Origin: a virus
Lineage: Duplodnaviria; Caudoviricetes
Reading direction: 5' to 3' (one strand)
Virus record (IMG/VR): IMGVR_UViG_3300005805_000325
Span: 1-29,875 of that record
DNA: 29,875 bases
The position numbers and the translations under genes were made by a program. Below, one piece after another: positions 6,095 through 15,200 of this stretch. Every line of letters begins with the position of its first letter. Position 1 is the stretch's first letter. Below the pieces are notes generated by a model. The model had not been told where the DNA came from. It made no database searches and was given only the letters and a program-made list of their open reading frames with translations.

Positions 6095-8733
6095 TGATTA
6101 GTCAGTTAATCTCATCGTTCAACTCTGGCGAGTGGTCTCCCTACCTAGAGTCGCGCACCAATCTGGACAAATACCGCAACTCCTGCAAGGTACTGGAGAA
6201 CTTCATCATTACCCCTTACGGGCCGGCGAATCGTCGCGCAGGGACAGAATACCTTGGGGCCGCGAAGACATCGGCTACCCGTTGCCGCCTGATCGGTCTC
6301 GACATCTCCGACACCAACCACATCGTCATGGAGCTTGGTGTGGGCTACATCCGCTTCTGGAAGAACGGGGCGCTGATTACCTCCAGCGGCTCCCCCGTCG
6401 AGGCAGTCCAAGTCGATTACCTCAATGCCTTAACCGGCCTGACTCCCGTCCACCCTTACCAAGAGGCAGACCTACGGGCCGTCCAAGTCTGCCAGATCAA
6501 CAACCTTGTCTACTTCTCCCACCCCTCCTACCCGCCGCAGCGTCTCCGCCGCCTGTCAGATACTTCTTGGCAGATTGGCGAGGTTCCTTTTGGAGATCCC
6601 TCCATCCGAAATAACTGGGCGCCGATGCTCGATCAGAACGTCACGACGACGACGATCACGCCTTCTGCGACCACCGCATCTCTATCTGGGGTAACTTTCA
6701 CCTTTGCCACCACAACGGTCACGGCAACATCAACGGGTCACAACCTCTACAGGGGGCAGTCCATCACGGTCTCTGGTGCCGCGACCAACTACAACGGCAC
6801 ATGGACTGTTGCATCAGTAATAGATGCCAACAGGTTCACTTTCGTCGTGACAACGGCACCGACCGCCGCATCAAGCGGAACAGTCACTTATCCGATTGCC
6901 CCTCAAGCCGGCAGCACCATTACCCTGACGGCATCCAGCGGGATCTTCCAGAGTGGTCATGTCGGGAGCTACTTTGAACTGGCTCACCCCAATCCAGTCA
7001 CTTTTATCAGTCAAAACATTGACTCGACCAATGCCACAAGCTCCACCATCAGGGTGCTTGGAAAGTGGTCTCTCCAGACCTTCGGCACATGGACTGCGAC
7101 CGTGGACTTGCAGGCATCCACCGACAACGGCACGACTTGGAAGACAATACGCACCTACCAAAGCAACGGGGACTTCAACGCCACATCCAACGGAGAGGAG
7201 GAAGTCGAGACCCTGCTTCGGCTTGTGGTTTCGGGTTTTGCAACCACCAGATACCAGGACGGGACGGCAATGCCGACAACATCGAGCTTTGCCCCCCGTG
7301 TCATGCTCTCCCCGATTGACCCGACTCTCCGGGGATTGGTCAGGATCACGGGATTCACTAGCGCAACCTCGGTCACGGCACGGGTGCTAAAGTCACTCGG
7401 AGGCACCGGCGCCACCTCGCAATGGCGTGAGGGAGCCTTCTCCGCAGTCCAAGGCTACCCTGCCGCAGTCGCCCTCCACGATAGTCGCATCATCTACGCC
7501 GGCACAGGAAGTAATCCCTCCTCGCTTTGGGGCAGCTACAGCAACGACTTCCAGAACTTCAAGCAGGGAGCCTATGATGCCGACTCATGGTTCTTCACCT
7601 TGGCCTCCACCACGGGAGGTCAGATCCAATGGCTTGTCTCCAAGTCGGCACTCCTGATCGGCACGACCCTTGACGAGTGGTCGATGCAGGCGAGTGACCA
7701 GACCCGCCCGATCACTCCGACGAATGTCAACGTGCGCCAGCAGTCCCACTACGGGTCATCTAGCCTAGGGGCGCAGATCATCAACGACACGGTGTTGTAT
7801 ATCCAGCGGATGAACCGCAAGATCCGCGAACTCATCTACACCTGGTCAAGTGAGTCTTGGGTTTCCAATGACATCACCGCTTTAGCCGAGCATACGACCC
7901 GGACAGGGATCGTCGAGAACGCCTACCAGAGGGTTCCTGACGCGATCCTCTGGTTCGTGCGGGGAGATGGTCAGTTGGTCTCCATGACCTATGAGCGTGA
8001 ACAGCAAGTCGTCGGATTCGCCCGTCACATCACCGATGGAGTGGTGGAGAGTGTCGCCACGATCAACGGCACAAATGCCGAGGATGAAGTCTGGCTACTG
8101 GTCAGACGCACGATAAATAACCAAACCGTGCGTTACGTCGAACGGCTCAAGCTCGGATTGCGTGATGCCTTGGACACCGCAGACAAGAGCAACTGGTGGT
8201 ATGTGGACAGCGGGGTGCTTCGGACATTCGGCACACCCACCGCAACCATCACCGGCCTCTCCCATCTTGAGGGCAAGGCAGTCTCCGTCTGGGCAGACAA
8301 TGCCGTGGGGTCGCTGATTGTCTCGCAGCCGACCGTAGTAGGTGGACAGATTACTTTACAGATTCCCGCCTCACGGGTGCTTGTCGGACTCCCCTTCACC
8401 TCGACGCTAGTCCCGCAGAGGGTGGACACCAACCTACAGGACGGCACAAGTCAGGGCCGGCGCATGAGGATTCCGAGGATGAATATCAAGGTCTACCAGT
8501 CCACAGGCGGGGAACTCTCCACCGATGGCGTCAACTGGTTCCCCCTGGTGAGCCGAGTCTTGACCGACAACATGGATTCCTCTCCCCCCGTGCTGAATGG
8601 CTACGAGAGGGCATATGCCTCCTCAAATTGGGCCGATGGGGTGGATCTCTATGTGCGTCAGACCCAGCCGGTTCCCTTCACGGTTGCCGCCTTGGTGCTG
8701 AACTTTGAGGTGAGCGAGGCCACGCAGAACTAA
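6094..8733 (+). CDS. Tail tubular protein B / nozzle (T7 gp12, P22 gp10 type)
   Basis: 879 aa; SFNSGEWSP…RTNL.KY, HPSYPPQRL, GYPAAV…RIIY, VVGFARH and GLSHLEGK motifs. Confidence 0.9.
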   Translation: MISQLISSFNSGEWSPYLESRTNLDKYRNSCKVLENFIITPYGPANRRAGTEYLGAAKTSATRCRLIGLDISDTNHIVMELGVGYIRFWKNGALITSSGSPVEAVQVDYLNALTGLTPVHPYQEADLRAVQVCQINNLVYFSHPSYPPQRLRRLSDTSWQIGEVPFGDPSIRNNWAPMLDQNVTTTTITPSATTASLSGVTFTFATTTVTATSTGHNLYRGQSITVSGAATNYNGTWTVASVIDANRFTFVVTTAPTAASSGTVTYPIAPQAGSTITLTASSGIFQSGHVGSYFELAHPNPVTFISQNIDSTNATSSTIRVLGKWSLQTFGTWTATVDLQASTDNGTTWKTIRTYQSNGDFNATSNGEEEVETLLRLVVSGFATTRYQDGTAMPTTSSFAPRVMLSPIDPTLRGLVRITGFTSATSVTARVLKSLGGTGATSQWREGAFSAVQGYPAAVALHDSRIIYAGTGSNPSSLWGSYSNDFQNFKQGAYDADSWFFTLASTTGGQIQWLVSKSALLIGTTLDEWSMQASDQTRPITPTNVNVRQQSHYGSSSLGAQIINDTVLYIQRMNRKIRELIYTWSSESWVSNDITALAEHTTRTGIVENAYQRVPDAILWFVRGDGQLVSMTYEREQQVVGFARHITDGVVESVATINGTNAEDEVWLLVRRTINNQTVRYVERLKLGLRDALDTADKSNWWYVDSGVLRTFGTPTATITGLSHLEGKAVSVWADNAVGSLIVSQPTVVGGQITLQIPASRVLVGLPFTSTLVPQRVDTNLQDGTSQGRRMRIPRMNIKVYQSTGGELSTDGVNWFPLVSRVLTDNMDSSPPVLNGYERAYASSNWADGVDLYVRQTQPVPFTVAALVLNFEVSEATQN

Positions 8734-8778
8734 CTTACTTGCTTTTTCTCTTTAACTCGCATACGAAATCACTCTTAA

Positions 8779-9222
8779 ATGGAACTTGCTAATATCCTAG
8801 GCACTAGGGAGAAGATGAATGTGGTGGAGGCGTTTTGCGCCTCGCAACCACAGATCAACTTGCCCTTGGAGCATCGGTTCACTCCGGGGATGTATATCCG
8901 CACCATCCATATGCCTGCCGGCACGGTGGTTACGAGCAGGACGCACCTCACAGAGCATCCCTTTGTGGTTCAGCGTGGAGTCGTTGATGTCTACGACGAG
9001 CAGGGAAAATGCGAGAGGCTTTTCGCCGGTCACATCGGCATCACCAAGGCCGGCACAAGGAGGGTACTCCTGACTCATGAGGATTGCGTATGGACTACAT
9101 TCCACGCGACTGACAAGACCGACCCGGATGATATTTCCAAAGAGATTACCACTTCAGAGAATGACCAGTTACCAGAAGGGTTCCGTCATCTTTGCTTTGA
9201 GAGTAAGGGGGTTCTAAAATGA
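8779..9222 (+). CDS. Cupin-fold protein
   Basis: HRFTPGMYIRTIHMPAGTVVTSRTHLTEHPFVVQRG…GTRRV…HEDCVWTTFH: a beta-rich cupin pattern with His ligands. Confidence 0.65.
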   Translation: MELANILGTREKMNVVEAFCASQPQINLPLEHRFTPGMYIRTIHMPAGTVVTSRTHLTEHPFVVQRGVVDVYDEQGKCERLFAGHIGITKAGTRRVLLTHEDCVWTTFHATDKTDPDDISKEITTSENDQLPEGFRHLCFESKGVLK

Positions 9223-9896
9223 GCTTTGCCATCGTCGCAGTATCGGGGGCCGTGATCGGTGCAGCCGGCACCGCCTATTCCGCCTACTCCTCCAGCGAGG
9301 CGCAGAAGCGCAATGCCCGTTTGGGCAGGGCAAGCGCCCAGGCGCAGGGTCAGATCGCCCGATACCAGAACGAACTCAACTACAAGGTGGCAATGGCGCA
9401 GAGTCAGCAATCCGCCAACAACGCCAAGGTGCTTCACCAGTACGCCCGTTCGCAGGAGGTACAGGGGTTTGAGCAGATTAACCGATCATACCAGCAGGAG
9501 GAGATGGTTGCGAGTGCTGTAGAGGCGCAGTACGGAGCAAGCGGGATTGCCGCCGACACGGGAAGCCCTCTCATGGTCGAGGCCCACAATGCAGGCATGG
9601 CGCAACTTGCGCGGATGGATTCAGCTTATAAGACGAACCTCTCCGCCTTGGATACCGATTGGAAAGGTAAGATGGAAACCTACCAGAGTCAGGTGCAGGC
9701 AGAGATGGCGAAGCAGTACCAATACGGAATGCAGATGGCGGATTGGGAAGGTGGGGCAATGGCAAATGCCGCCTATAACAACGCCATGACCGCAGCCAAC
9801 AACGCCCAGATCAGCGGCTACCTTGATGTTGCCACAAGCCTTCTTTCCGATGGCATAGGCATGATGAAACCAAGCACCGCTAAAGCAACTCGCTAA
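9219..9896 (+). CDS. Internal virion (ejection) protein, gp14-like position
   Basis: Hydrophobic Ala/Gly N-terminus, Gln/Ala helical body, A.YGASG…GSPL motif. Confidence 0.75.
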   Translation: MSFAIVAVSGAVIGAAGTAYSAYSSSEAQKRNARLGRASAQAQGQIARYQNELNYKVAMAQSQQSANNAKVLHQYARSQEVQGFEQINRSYQQEEMVASAVEAQYGASGIAADTGSPLMVEAHNAGMAQLARMDSAYKTNLSALDTDWKGKMETYQSQVQAEMAKQYQYGMQMADWEGGAMANAAYNNAMTAANNAQISGYLDVATSLLSDGIGMMKPSTAKATR

Positions 9897-9900
9897 CCAT

Positions 9901-11805
9901 ATGGCTGTTATCAGACTAGAAGACATCCCCAACGCTCCCGACCTTTCCTCGATGTCGGCTCCGCAAGTCAACAACGTCAACTTGCCAAATGTGGAACTTG
10001 GCGGCGCAAGGGCGGCAGTTGCACGTGGGTATGATGCCGCAATGCAGAACCCAGCAAATGCCGGGGCCATTGCCAATTCCATCTACAAAGGCGCTGATGC
10101 TGTCTACAAAGGGGCCAAGACCCTAGCCGACAAGCAGCAGGAGCTAAACGACAATGCGGCATGGGCCGAGTTCTCCACGAATTACTCGCTTCAGAAGGCA
10201 GATTTTGAGGATTCCCTTTCGCAATCCAACCCCGCGACATGGACAAGCGCCTATGCCAACTTCCGGGCCAAGAACGTCGATCCCGCATGGCAGGCGCTCC
10301 CTGTATCGGTTCAGCAGAAGCGATATGGTGAATACTTGAATCTGACTTCTCAAGATCAGGTCAAGATCAGTCACGCCGCATTCCAGAAGAACATTGCCGA
10401 CTCCACGGCAAAGTCCCTGACCGACATCAATCTTTCCCTTGAGAATCACCAGTACGATCAAGCGGAATCCAAGGCGAGCGAGTTGTTTGCCATCAATGCA
10501 ATCTCCGCCAAGGAGCATGAATCAATTCTCTCCAAGGCCGCATCGGGGAAACAAATTTCGGGCCTCTATTCGCAGGCCGCGCAAGATCCATATGGGGTTT
10601 CTGCGTTTAAGATGGCAACGCGAATTGAGACCGCCATTAACACCGACACCCCCCTTGAGGGCGCTGACAAGATCCCCCGTTCGATGTACGAGGGAATGAA
10701 GGACAACTTTGAAAAACTTGGAAAAGTCAGGCAGCAAAAACTTGTCTGGGACATGACGATGGATGATTCACTCAAGACCCCGGAGGATGTGGTGAAAGAC
10801 CCTAGGTTCAGCAGCATTCGGGACGAGAAAGACAGGGAAGCCCTCAAGAATCGCGTGGTCAACTCCAGACTGACAACTCCCGTCACGCAGGCGGCAGATT
10901 CCGAACTCATGGGGATGCTTGATAGGTTCCCGCAGGACAGGAACAACGCAGGGCAAGAGGCTATTGAGATCCAGCGCAGGATCATGAACGAGGCAAGTGG
11001 GCCTATGGCTTCCCATCTACTCAAGTCGCTGGATGACATCCGTCAGGACATGGCGGATCATGGAGGCAATCGAAAGATGGAAAGCGAACTCAAGAAGTAC
11101 GCTTCCGAGCGCCTTCACGCGATGACGATTGGTGGAATGTTCGGGGAGTACCCGCAATCGCCGTCAGATGCATTTGACCCTGTGTGGGCTAACAAGAAGA
11201 TCCAAGCACTCGGACGCGAAGCCGACCTGATGCAGAAGATCATGGCGGAGTCGCCCAAGACCCGTCAGGACATTGACGAACTCATCGGAAAGACCGTTAC
11301 CCCCGTTGAGGCGCTTCGTGGTGGCGCTTCCCTAATTGGCAAACCCCCGGAGAAACCAAGTTGGCTGAACCATCCCATTGACCGATGGAACTACAAGCCC
11401 CCACAGGCTTCCAATGATGCGGGAGAGTCCGCCGGCAAGATTACCAAGTACGGATACGAAAAACCGGGAGAGGAGGACTACGATTCCAATTCTGCCCGTG
11501 GGATTGGAGCAAAAGACAATAAGCTGACCCCAGGTGAGAGCGTTGCCCTCTCCCCTGACCTAGAGAAGTCCACCGGCGCCAAGATCGGGGATAAGGTGGC
11601 AATCACGATTATTGATAAGAACGGCAATCCCAAGCGCCTCGTTAAGAACTTTGACGACCGCACTATGCAGGATAAGGAAGCAATCAAACGCTTCGGCAAA
11701 CCTCTTCGCGGTCGCGTGGACATCTACTCACCAGACGGCAATCAACCCCTCGACGGGGTACGAGTCGCCAAGGTGGAGAAATACACCGAGGACGGGCAGG
11801 GATAA
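9901..11805 (+). CDS. Internal virion protein (gp15-like position) with a C-terminal 3D/DPBB muralytic-like domain
   Basis: 634 aa, helical; C-terminus ITKYGY…VALSPD…IGDKVAI…DDRT…RGRVDIYSP resembles the 3D (MltA-C)/RlpA domain pattern. Confidence 0.7.
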   Translation: MAVIRLEDIPNAPDLSSMSAPQVNNVNLPNVELGGARAAVARGYDAAMQNPANAGAIANSIYKGADAVYKGAKTLADKQQELNDNAAWAEFSTNYSLQKADFEDSLSQSNPATWTSAYANFRAKNVDPAWQALPVSVQQKRYGEYLNLTSQDQVKISHAAFQKNIADSTAKSLTDINLSLENHQYDQAESKASELFAINAISAKEHESILSKAASGKQISGLYSQAAQDPYGVSAFKMATRIETAINTDTPLEGADKIPRSMYEGMKDNFEKLGKVRQQKLVWDMTMDDSLKTPEDVVKDPRFSSIRDEKDREALKNRVVNSRLTTPVTQAADSELMGMLDRFPQDRNNAGQEAIEIQRRIMNEASGPMASHLLKSLDDIRQDMADHGGNRKMESELKKYASERLHAMTIGGMFGEYPQSPSDAFDPVWANKKIQALGREADLMQKIMAESPKTRQDIDELIGKTVTPVEALRGGASLIGKPPEKPSWLNHPIDRWNYKPPQASNDAGESAGKITKYGYEKPGEEDYDSNSARGIGAKDNKLTPGESVALSPDLEKSTGAKIGDKVAITIIDKNGNPKRLVKNFDDRTMQDKEAIKRFGKPLRGRVDIYSPDGNQPLDGVRVAKVEKYTEDGQG

Positions 11806-11806
11806 C

Positions 11807-12118
11807 CTACTTGAAGGTCAGCACCGAGGCAGTTTCTCCGCTTGGAAGCGTGATGATGGAGTAGTCTACCTTGGAGGGTGATGCCGCCCATTGGACATTC
11901 GGATCAACTGGCTTGGTGGTGTATTCAGCACCAGATGACAATTTAGGCCCACCCACTACTTCCCTATCTGGAATATCCACGGTGCCGACAGACGTTGCGC
12001 CCCCGCCCTTGCATTTGTCTAAAGGGTAGACCCTCCATTCCTCTTCTTCCCAAGTCCTCCCTCCCGCCATCGCATTTCCAACGAGAAGCATCGCAATGAG
12101 TATCGGCATGGTCTTCAT
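11807..12118 (-). CDS. Small exported protein (antisense moron)
   Basis: 103 aa with signal peptide MKTMPILIAMLLVGNAMA; exactly fills the gap between two ejection genes; TTGACA upstream on the minus strand (12149-12154). Confidence 0.7.
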   Translation of the reverse strand: MKTMPILIAMLLVGNAMAGGRTWEEEEWRVYPLDKCKGGGATSVGTVDIPDREVVGGPKLSSGAEYTTKPVDPNVQWAASPSKVDYSIITLPSGETASVLTFK

Positions 12119-12157
12119 GGGATGAACATCGCTCCGCTAACGGCATGGTGTCAAGGG

Positions 12158-12193
12158 ATTCCTCTTGCCTCTAAACTAACATCAGAGTAATTG
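12158..12193 (+). promoter_or_regulatory. Putative late promoter, copy of the ATTCCTCTTGCC…AACTAAC motif
   Basis: TTGCCT-N17-TAATTG; the 12-mer and AACTAAC recur at 19235-19258. Confidence 0.5.
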
Positions 12194-12204
12194 TTCAGCT
12201 TCTC

Positions 12205-15200
12205 ATGGATGAATCTGACGCTTTAACCATTCAAGACCCGCCCCCTCAAGACACTCTGATGGAGGCGCCTCCCCAGCAGGAGCAGACACCCCTTCCATCC
12301 CCCACGATGGCGGATGCAAGAATACTGGATGACGAGCGAATCAGAACCGAAAAAGCCAGCGCCATGCGGACAGAGACCGCCTTGCTTGCCAAGGTTCTGC
12401 CTGACAAGAGGGGTGATTCAGAGGAGCTAAAAGCCCTTCGTGATAAGGCCATTACGACAGGAGACCCGCAGATGTTCATGGATAGGGCCGTGAGTTGGAG
12501 GGCTACCGCCGCCATGTTAGGCGTCACTCCCGACTCGCTGGATGATCGGAACTACGAACTCTACAAGAAGCAAATCGCCTCGCAGATGAAGGTTCCCGTG
12601 CCCTCTACCGATGGCGGGTACAGGGATCTACTTTCCGGGTACTTTCAGAAGGAACACGCGAAGGCGACCGCATTTGAGTCTATCCCTGCAATGGTCATCA
12701 CCAACCTCGACCAAGAGGGAGGCGCCGGCAAGTCAATGGGCATCCTTGAGAGGTTCAATGAGTGGAAGGCGCTCAACGCCGATGCCGTTGCCGGGGTGCC
12801 TGACGCCGAGGCATTGAGCCAGTTCAGCAAGAGCTACCAATCTGCACGTTCCGAGATGAACGGGCAGTTCGCCCCGCTTGCTCGGCAGATTGTGGACGCC
12901 TTTGGGAACAAGCCAATGGGTGAACAGGAAGTCTCCGAGGTAAAGAATGCACTCACGCAGACTGCCAACGCCGATCCTATCCTCAACGCACTAGGAGTCA
13001 CTTCTAGGGAAAACTTCGTCAAGGACGAGGACAAGGCGACTCCGATCATCGAGCAACTCACAAGCCTTTCTGCAGAGGACAGGAAGAAAGTCTACCAACT
13101 CGCCGGCGCCTTGGAGAGAGCAAGGAACCCCCAGCAAACAGGCTTCCTCGCCTCACTCTACAGCATGGGGCAGGCATTCTCCCGTGCCGCCGACAGCAGC
13201 GTTATCCCTGACGAGCAAGACCCGCAAAAGGCGCTTCGCAACAGGATCGGGCTAGAGCTTAAAGACGCCGCAAAGAACGTGGTCAATCCCATGCTCTACT
13301 CCGACAAGGTGGGCTACGAAAGCACCGGGACATTCCTCACCAAAGTAGGCCAGGGAGTAGCAGGTGCAGGCAAGTATGTGGCGGCGTCAGCACTTGCCGG
13401 CCCCGAGGTCGGGCTTGCCTACATGGGGGCAAACATCGTTGCCGAGCAACAGAACCGCTTGCTTCTTCAGAATCCCGACATGACGCCTAATGAGGCGCTG
13501 GCCTATGGTGCCGCAATAGCCGCCCCACAGACTGCCCTCATGAGCATATCACTTCGGGGAATGACGGGGGCTTTCCCCTCCATTGAGCGAGCGATTGAGA
13601 AAGTGGCATCTGGTGCCGTTTCCAAGTACGCCCTAAATACCGCAATCTCTGGTGCAGGATTCACGGGAGCCGGTGTAGTCGAGGCGATTGGGGACTCTGT
13701 GATCCATGAGATTGACCCAGAATGGAACAAGGACTCCGAAATCGGGCGCGACTTGCACAGGGTCTTTGTGAACGCACCGCAGGATTTTGCAATGGCGGCA
13801 GTCTTTAGCCTCTTCCATGCCGGCAAGCCCGTGGACAGGGAAGCCCTTAATAGGATTGCTGAAGACCCCGCCAACCTCGTTAAACAAGGACTCTCGCAGG
13901 AGGCCGCAGAGCGAGTTGCCGCCACTCCTCCAGAGACGCGACCAGAGACTCTTGCCGCCGAGTTGTCCAGCGTCACCCCGGAGCAGAAAGAGCAGGGCAT
14001 CCAGCTTTCAGAGAGAGAGGCGCAGAAAGCGCAGGTGTTAGCCCAAGACCCCGCCGCGCCCAAGGTTGAGACCTTGCCAGATGGGAAGATTGCCGTCATT
14101 TCCCCTGATGAGAAGGGCAATCATCAACCCGTCTTTGTGACTGATGACCCGCAGGCCGCGCATCAAGCCCTCACACTTGCCCTAGACGAACACGCCGCAA
14201 AGAGAGCCGAGACCGAGCCGACAAACGATTGGACTACAGCAACAGAGGAGGGTTCAAATCAAGATTTAATCAATTTAATCAAGATTGACTCAAAAGAAAA
14301 TCAATCGGGTCTTGATAATCAAGCGGTTACAAAGAATTTTGATTCAAATTTTAATCAAGTTGAGTCAAATAACGATTCAAATCTTTCTGACCAAGAAAAA
14401 GCAAGGGAATGGTATCAAAATTATATCAACGAAAACCTTATGCCAACATGGGGGACAACCGAAAGGGCAAGCGTCTCCGAAGCAAAATCTGATAACGGCA
14501 GAATGGATCGTGATGCAGTATTAGAAATTAACCGATTAATGTCTAATGGAGACCCAATTCCCAAAGAGCTAGGTGATAAAGTCGGGGCTAATGGATTTGA
14601 TGGCTATACATTTAATGAAGCCTCTAATCTGTTTGAAAAATCCCTTCACCCCAACGAGACTCTTCCTGACACAGAGAAACCATTCCCAACTACACGGGAA
14701 GAAGTTCAAGCGCAGTTGGATGATCTTCTAAAGAAACGTGAAGAGGAAGCTGCCGCACCAGCAGAACCAGAACAAGAGCCAGAGTTCGGCCCAGAAGCCC
14801 CGGCGCCAGAACCAGAACCACCAGCGGAACCAAATCCGCTAGAGGAAGCGCCGGCTACCACAGAAGAAAAGACGGCCCCAAAAGCTGCAAAAGGCAAATC
14901 CAAGGGAAAGAACAAGGAAGCCGATGGCATCACAGATTTTGGCGAGAAAATCGAAGGGGCAAAGAAAGACCTTTGGCAGAGGTATGAGGCGGCAATGCAG
15001 GCCGACCTTCCAAGTGACGTTAAAGACATCACGATTTCAAAACACTTCCCAGAACCCGATTACGGAAAACTGATTGAGGGAGGTGCTAACCTTGAGCGAG
15101 TAGCCGCAATGAAGGCGATCCGCGACCTTATCCCTCGCAAACCGGCAAACAGATACAAACTGGCGAGGTGGGGCGAATTGGTTAAATCCCTACACGATTC

